Part shown: positions 61,401 through 64,000 of the stretch, in pieces
Numbering within the stretch: position 1 is the stretch's first letter
Layout of the letters: every line of letters begins with the position of its first letter
Assembly: GCA_030141605.1 (NCBI GenBank)
Contig: JAQGDQ010000139.1
Coordinates: 124,001-188,000, forward strand
Direction: 5' to 3'
Length of the DNA stretch: 64,000 nucleotides
DNA from: Tubiluchus corallicola
Taxonomy: Eukaryota; Animalia; Priapulida
The notes under the pieces: generated by a model
What the model was told of the DNA's origin: nothing
The model's database searches: none
What the model saw: the letters and a program-made list of their open reading frames with translations, nothing else
Position numbers and translations under genes: made by a program

Positions 61401-63870
61401 ATGTACTCTATGTATTTCTGATTTTGTGTATTTATTTATCTTGCAGCTATTGCTTGTCAAGGTTTTATTAGTGTCCCCGAATTAGGACTCACTGTACAAC
61501 CAGATGGTGCTTTACTCAGTTTAGGGCAGAACATTTCTTTGGCATGTTCAGATCCAAATCGTCGCAATCTTGGTACTGCATTTAGTGATTATCGCGAATG
61601 TGTGTTTGAACCACAACCTGGAACTCCTGATTACTGGTTAGCTGGTTTTCCACCATTGTGTCCTTGTAAGTAAATTTCTTTATAAAACAGCGTGTAAGTT
61701 TTTTTGTGCAAAATTTAAATTAGTGGCATCATTTTATTAGCTAGTAACACTGATTGGACTAGTAAGAAATTCTTTGTGCATTTGGAGGTTTCTTCATTCA
61801 GCTAAATATATGACAGGAGGCAATGACTCTCTTTTAACACATTTAAGTAATTTATGTATTTATTACTACTACAGATGTTTAGTCTTTCTGAAAAATTTGC
61901 CATTTGTACTTAGAGAGATGATTTTGCCAATCTGAGCATTGTAGGTGACTGCAAAAATTAACAAGTTTAGCCAAAAATGACAACCAGAATGTTTAACTGA
62001 AACTAGTGTTTTTGCCATTTAAATAACTAAACTTGCATTGTAGCCATGTGATTCAATATTTGATTTTTTGTGATTTTAACTGTGGATTTTTAACATTTTG
62101 TACTACAATTTACCTTTCTAATATACATTTGTATGTATTTAAATATGTCTATAGGCTGGAAAATGGTTTAGTAAACTTGGTAGACAATAATTGCTAAATT
62201 GAACATCTGGGTGATTCCATCTGCAAAGTCTTTTGCTTATGACCTATGCCATGACTTATTGACAATGTGACACTTGTCAGAAATATCATCAACTAATTAT
62301 ATGATAATTATTTTTTATGGACATGTTATATAGGACAGTTAATAATCTCTGCAAATAGTTTAAGCTCTGTAGAGGAATTTACTGAACTAGCAGGTTATGA
62401 ATTTTTCCTAGACAAGCTGCATGCCAGAAAAGGTTTATCTACTTTTCACCCTAAAGTTTGTTTTTAGATATTCTGTTGTTCATAATTCATTGTTTAAATT
62501 TTCATGTATGCATAATTTTGCACATGTTGCATTTTAGTGATTGTTTGTGGCGAACCTGATCCTTCTCCCGGAGCAGTATATGAATTTGGCAACATCCCTG
62601 CAGATATTAAACATCAAGTAGGAAGCAGTTTTCAGTTTGTGTGCCAACATCCATATGAAACTAAAGGGCAAAGTAGTTTAGGAAATAATATTGTAACATG
62701 TGGCCAGGATGGATTCTGGGAATTTGGAGATTTGAGATGTGAAGGTAACAGATATTTATTTAATGAATAAAAATCCCACATTTAAAAAACAGGAAAAGAC
62801 AAAACAATGTTTCTTTCTGTTTCTTTGTCTTAGTTGTGGAAGTTTTTTTGCTGTCACTCTTCTCTTCATTAAAAGTTAATCTATGTGTGATTATTTAGTT
62901 TATTGATTCGTCCTTTTTTATTTTTATTCAGTATTGAAATATAAAAACTTTAAAGTCAAATTTTGTAACTGCCTGTTTTTACTTTGTGGCTTAGAAAAAA
63001 CATAGCAGCCTTTTTTGCATTTATATTACATTTTTGTATCCTACAGGTCCAGCTTGTATTGATCCACTTCATCCACCAGGCGGTGCACAATTTGCAACAA
63101 GTTACGAAGAAGGGTCAACAGTTGAGTTCGCTTGTCTCCATCCAGGACATGTTCCTGTGCCTCCGTCTGGTGTTTGCTTGAAAAGTAATTAACTTATTGT
63201 AAAATTTCTTGTAATAAATGTGATTTACAATACTGTCATATTAACGAAAAAGCAAAAAAGTACTAAGCACTTATTTTTTGGTGCTGTATTTGCTTAATTG
63301 CTAATCAAGCACAGAAAATTTAAATAGCGTAAAGTATTGCAAATAACAGTAATTGAGAGGACATCATTTATCTAATACAGATGACTTAAGCCTGCTGAGC
63401 ACTGACATTTGCAAGAAAATGTAATCAAACTGTTTGTGGTATGTTGGATGGGAATCAAACTGGCTAACGATTAGTTGGCATGCATAAAAATCCTTGGTGT
63501 TTTATGTGTTTTCAACAAATTAGTTTATCCTGAATGGTTTTCCGTAAAGCATCAAAGTGTGCTAATATAATATACTTTATATATTATATTCTAATCTAAT
63601 TTCAGAATGGGAATTGTCATTAAGATGTTCTTTCAGTTTTTCTAATAAGAAAGATTTAAGAAAGATTCATGTAAATTCAAATGTTCAGTGATTTGATTAT
63701 AGTTATGTCTTGCCACATTTTTTCAAATTAATTCACATGGTACTGATTTCCTACATAATTGCATAATAAAATTTGCAGATGTCTCCTGTCCGCTTGCTAG
63801 AGATATAATGTATGATGTTCAAGATGGGCAGATAATAGCAAGCAGTTATTTTGATCCATATTCTCCAAAT
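25712..63870 (+). CDS. uif: Uninflatable (Uif)-like multidomain surface protein, 5' 26 coding exons; continues beyond the right edge
   Basis: Phase-consistent GT-AG exon chain giving SP-CTL-LDLa-CUBx3-CCPx4-EGF-FA58C-EGF-CCPx4-FA58C. Uif-like peptides from memory: [79 protein letters not shown]. Confidence 0.85.
27330..27600 (-). mobile_element. L2/CR1-group LINE 3' remnant
   Basis: Minus-strand [19 protein letters not shown]...IKIxHNL followed by an AT-rich tail. Confidence 0.5.
29172..30072. mobile_element. Non-autonomous TIR element with AAAAATGGCAC sub-repeats
   Basis: Termini GAATGTA / TACATTC; ~90-100 bp diverged inverted arms; no clear TSD. Confidence 0.55.
30125..31225. mobile_element. 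Old non-autonomous element with long diverged inverted arms
   Basis: 30130-30275 (TGACATTT..CAATTTGTCTTGGCAA) is the reverse complement of ~31085-31220 (TTGGCAAGACAAATTG..AAATGTCA); ends approximate. Confidence 0.55.
31493..31523 (+). CDS. uif: uif-like exon 2 (31-nt micro-exon)
   Basis: TTTTCAG|[10 protein letters not shown]|GTTAG. Confidence 0.8.
31859..31949 (+). CDS. uif: uif-like exon 3 (C-type lectin)
   Basis: [29 protein letters not shown]. Confidence 0.88.
32869..32963 (+). CDS. uif: uif-like exon 4 (C-type lectin)
   Basis: [17 protein letters not shown]...YWIG. Confidence 0.9.
33210..33428 (+). CDS. uif: uif-like exon 5 (C-type lectin, QPD motif)
   Basis: [37 protein letters not shown]. 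Confidence 0.92.
33543..34308. repeat. Intronic minisatellite, 17 x 45 bp
   Basis: Unit CTGACATTTGACGTGGTAGATGAGTTCAGCAGA(A/T)CTGGTGATTTT; one +1 insertion near 33994; last copies diverged. Confidence 0.96.
34461..34562 (+). CDS. uif: uif-like exon 6 (LDLa)
   Basis: [33 protein letters not shown]. Confidence 0.93.
35291..35421 (+). CDS. uif: uif-like exon 7 (CUB1, first half)
   Basis: [43 protein letters not shown]. Confidence 0.92.
36209..36419 (+). CDS. uif: uif-like exon 8 (CUB1, second half)
   Basis: [19 protein letters not shown]...[20 protein letters not shown]. Confidence 0.92.
37311..37453 (+). CDS. uif: uif-like exon 9 (CUB2, first half)
   Basis: [38 protein letters not shown]. 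Confidence 0.92.
37750..38119 (-). repeat. 3' LTR
   Basis: 370 bp; about 25 substitutions and 1 indel versus the 5' LTR by hand count; preceded on the minus strand by PPT GGTGGGGAGG (38120-38129). Confidence 0.95.
38294..42689 (-). pseudogene. Frameshifted pol (protease-RT-RNase H-integrase) of the Gypsy element
   Basis: Domain motifs are spread over several frames and interrupted at 40325-41740. Confidence 0.9.
40324..41741. mobile_element. 1418-bp nested non-coding insert with TGTAACG...CGTTACA ends (solo-LTR-like), no TSD
   Basis: Perfect 7-bp terminal inverted repeat; splits RT motif VAVFQDD|LVSG; flanks GACGAG and TATCGT are not duplicated. Confidence 0.8.
42693..43682 (-). pseudogene. 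gag of the Gypsy element
   Basis: 329-aa ORF with [12 protein letters not shown] and knuckles [13 protein letters not shown] and [14 protein letters not shown] (second is mutated). Confidence 0.88.
43701..43720 (-). promoter_or_regulatory. Primer-binding site, tRNA-Ser-like
   Basis: TGGCACAGTCGACAGGATCC, 5 nt inside the 5' LTR boundary; close to the complement of a tRNA-Ser 3' end (TGGCGYAGTCGGYAGGAT). Confidence 0.75.
43726..44094 (-). repeat. 5' LTR
   Basis: 369 bp; minus-strand TATATAA and AATAAA; followed by TSD AATCT. Confidence 0.95.
44547..44748 (+). CDS. uif: uif-like exon 10 (CUB2, second half)
   Basis: [18 protein letters not shown]...[23 protein letters not shown]. Confidence 0.92.
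45877..46046 (+). CDS. uif: uif-like exon 11 (CUB3, first half)
   Basis: [32 protein letters not shown]...[13 protein letters not shown]. Confidence 0.92.
46762..46933 (+). CDS. uif: uif-like exon 12 (CUB3, second half)
   Basis: [36 protein letters not shown]. Confidence 0.92.
47500..47745. repeat. Degenerate trinucleotide (AGT/AGC/GGT) low-complexity tract
   Basis: Runs of GTA/GCA/GTG triplets; source of the Thr/Ala-rich ORF. Confidence 0.7.
48060..48125 (-). mobile_element. tRNA-derived (SINE head-like) fragment
   Basis: Minus-strand B-box stem-loop TGGGTTCGAGTCCCAG followed by TTTTTT; no complete cloverleaf. Confidence 0.4.
48159..48344 (+). CDS. uif: uif-like exon 13 (CCP/sushi)
   Basis: DCPNI...[26 protein letters not shown]. 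Confidence 0.92.
48650..50525 (+). mobile_element. Internally deleted, decayed CR1/L2 LINE (ORF1, endonuclease and RT tail)
   Basis: ORF1-like Cys/His plus coiled-coil remnant (48715-49068); endonuclease [16 protein letters not shown]; [17 protein letters not shown]; [14 protein letters not shown]. Confidence 0.75.
50760..50942 (+). CDS. uif: uif-like exon 14 (CCP)
   Basis: [13 protein letters not shown]...[20 protein letters not shown]. Confidence 0.92.
51739..51921 (+). CDS. uif: uif-like exon 15 (CCP)
   Basis: [44 protein letters not shown]. Confidence 0.92.
52071..52244 (+). CDS. uif: uif-like exon 16 (CCP)
   Basis: [33 protein letters not shown]. Confidence 0.92.
52403..52447. repeat. 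(AT)n microsatellite
   Basis: About 22 AT units. Confidence 0.95.
52555..55320. mobile_element. Foldback-type element with ~500-bp inverted arms; right arm split by an insertion
   Basis: 52646-53100 is the reverse complement of ~53880-54324 (ORFs 52788+ and 54184- give near-identical peptides); the outer arm 52570-52632 matches 55252-55315. Confidence 0.8.
54676..55247 (-). mobile_element. LTR-retroelement remnant: tRNA-Leu PBS plus adjoining LTR
   Basis: 18-nt ATCCCACCGCTGCCACCA (tRNA-Leu 3' end with CCA) one base from TGTAATG; the far end (TGCACA at 55247) is tentative. Confidence 0.55.
55395..55609 (+). CDS. uif: uif-like exon 17 (Ca-binding EGF and start of FA58C)
   Basis: [47 protein letters not shown]. 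Confidence 0.92.
55788..57202. mobile_element. Solo LTR (1415 bp), Gypsy-like, with 4-bp TSD
   Basis: Starts TATCACG (likely a mutated TGTCACG), ends CACAACA, flanked by TAAT on both sides; CpG-richer than the host intron; no ORF. Confidence 0.65.
57591..57662 (+). CDS. uif: uif-like exon 18 (FA58C)
   Basis: [24 protein letters not shown]. Confidence 0.9.
57825..57980 (+). CDS. uif: uif-like exon 19 (FA58C)
   Basis: [27 protein letters not shown]. Confidence 0.9.
59056..59218 (+). CDS. uif: uif-like exon 20 (end of FA58C)
   Basis: [27 protein letters not shown]. Confidence 0.92.
59334..59525 (+). CDS. uif: uif-like exon 21 (Ca-binding EGF with Uif-type insert)
   Basis: [49 protein letters not shown]. 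Confidence 0.93.
60033..60188. repeat. Imperfect palindrome containing a hammerhead-like core (Penelope-type relic)
   Basis: Arms 60033-60104 and 60117-60188; minus strand reads CTGATGA-TGACACCC-GCAAT-GGGAGTT-GAAA. Confidence 0.6.
60461..60640 (+). CDS. uif: uif-like exon 22 (CCP)
   Basis: [34 protein letters not shown]. Confidence 0.93.
60715..61186. repeat. Two 88-bp direct repeats (60715-60802 and 61099-61186)
   Basis: GTTAAT(A/G)TACATG..TTTCAAGTATAGAT..AAAACAGGTTGATT occurs twice, about 90% identical by eye. Confidence 0.85.
61447..61665 (+). CDS. uif: uif-like exon 23 (divergent CCP)
   Basis: [37 protein letters not shown]. Confidence 0.92.
62538..62744 (+). CDS. uif: uif-like exon 24 (CCP)
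   Basis: [44 protein letters not shown]. Confidence 0.93.
63047..63184 (+). CDS. uif: uif-like exon 25 (partial CCP)
   Basis: [33 protein letters not shown]. Confidence 0.9.
63779..63870 (+). CDS. uif: uif-like exon 26 (start of second FA58C)
   Basis: TTGCAG|[30 protein letters not shown]|GTGAG; phase fits exon 25. Confidence 0.75.
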
Positions 63871-64000
63871 GTGAGTATTTGTTATTGTTCTTTATTATGA
63901 AATTCCTGGAACAGCAACTGTAGTGTTTATGCGCTGCAAGAATGATCTCTACTTACAAAAGAAACAATTTATAAAATAGGCTGTATGAACCACAACCATC

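Noticed and set aside
63607-63650. Extra uif exon after TTTCAG
   Set aside because: No convincing donor or domain match, and exon 25 already joins 63779 in phase.

Overview
AT-rich, intron-rich DNA from an animal, probably an invertebrate. It is not prokaryotic, and most short ORFs in the supplied track are noise or pieces of transposons. Three spliced genes can be rebuilt by hand with GT-AG borders and consistent phases. (1) The 5' end of a DENND4/Crag-type Rab GEF on the minus strand, running off the left edge. (2) A complete USE1 ER SNARE on the plus strand (10412-22412), whose first coding exon is tandemly duplicated. (3) The first 26 coding exons of an uninflatable (Uif)-like surface protein on the plus strand (signal peptide, C-type lectin, LDLa, 3x CUB, CCP repeats, EGF, FA58C), running off the right edge. 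Introns and intergenic DNA hold many transposon relics: a full-length but decayed Mag-like Ty3/Gypsy element (LTRs, PBS, PPT, 5-bp TSD) whose RT catalytic motif is split by a 1.4-kb insert with no TSD; a solo LTR with a 4-bp TSD; RTE and CR1/L2 LINE fragments; MITE and foldback elements; a 17 x 45-bp minisatellite; and a palindromic hammerhead-like relic. I found no convincing new biological system. The best leads are the TSD-less insert, the duplicated USE1 exon 1, the non-insect-looking Uif orthologue and the hammerhead-like palindrome. Family assignments come from remembered motifs, not database searches.
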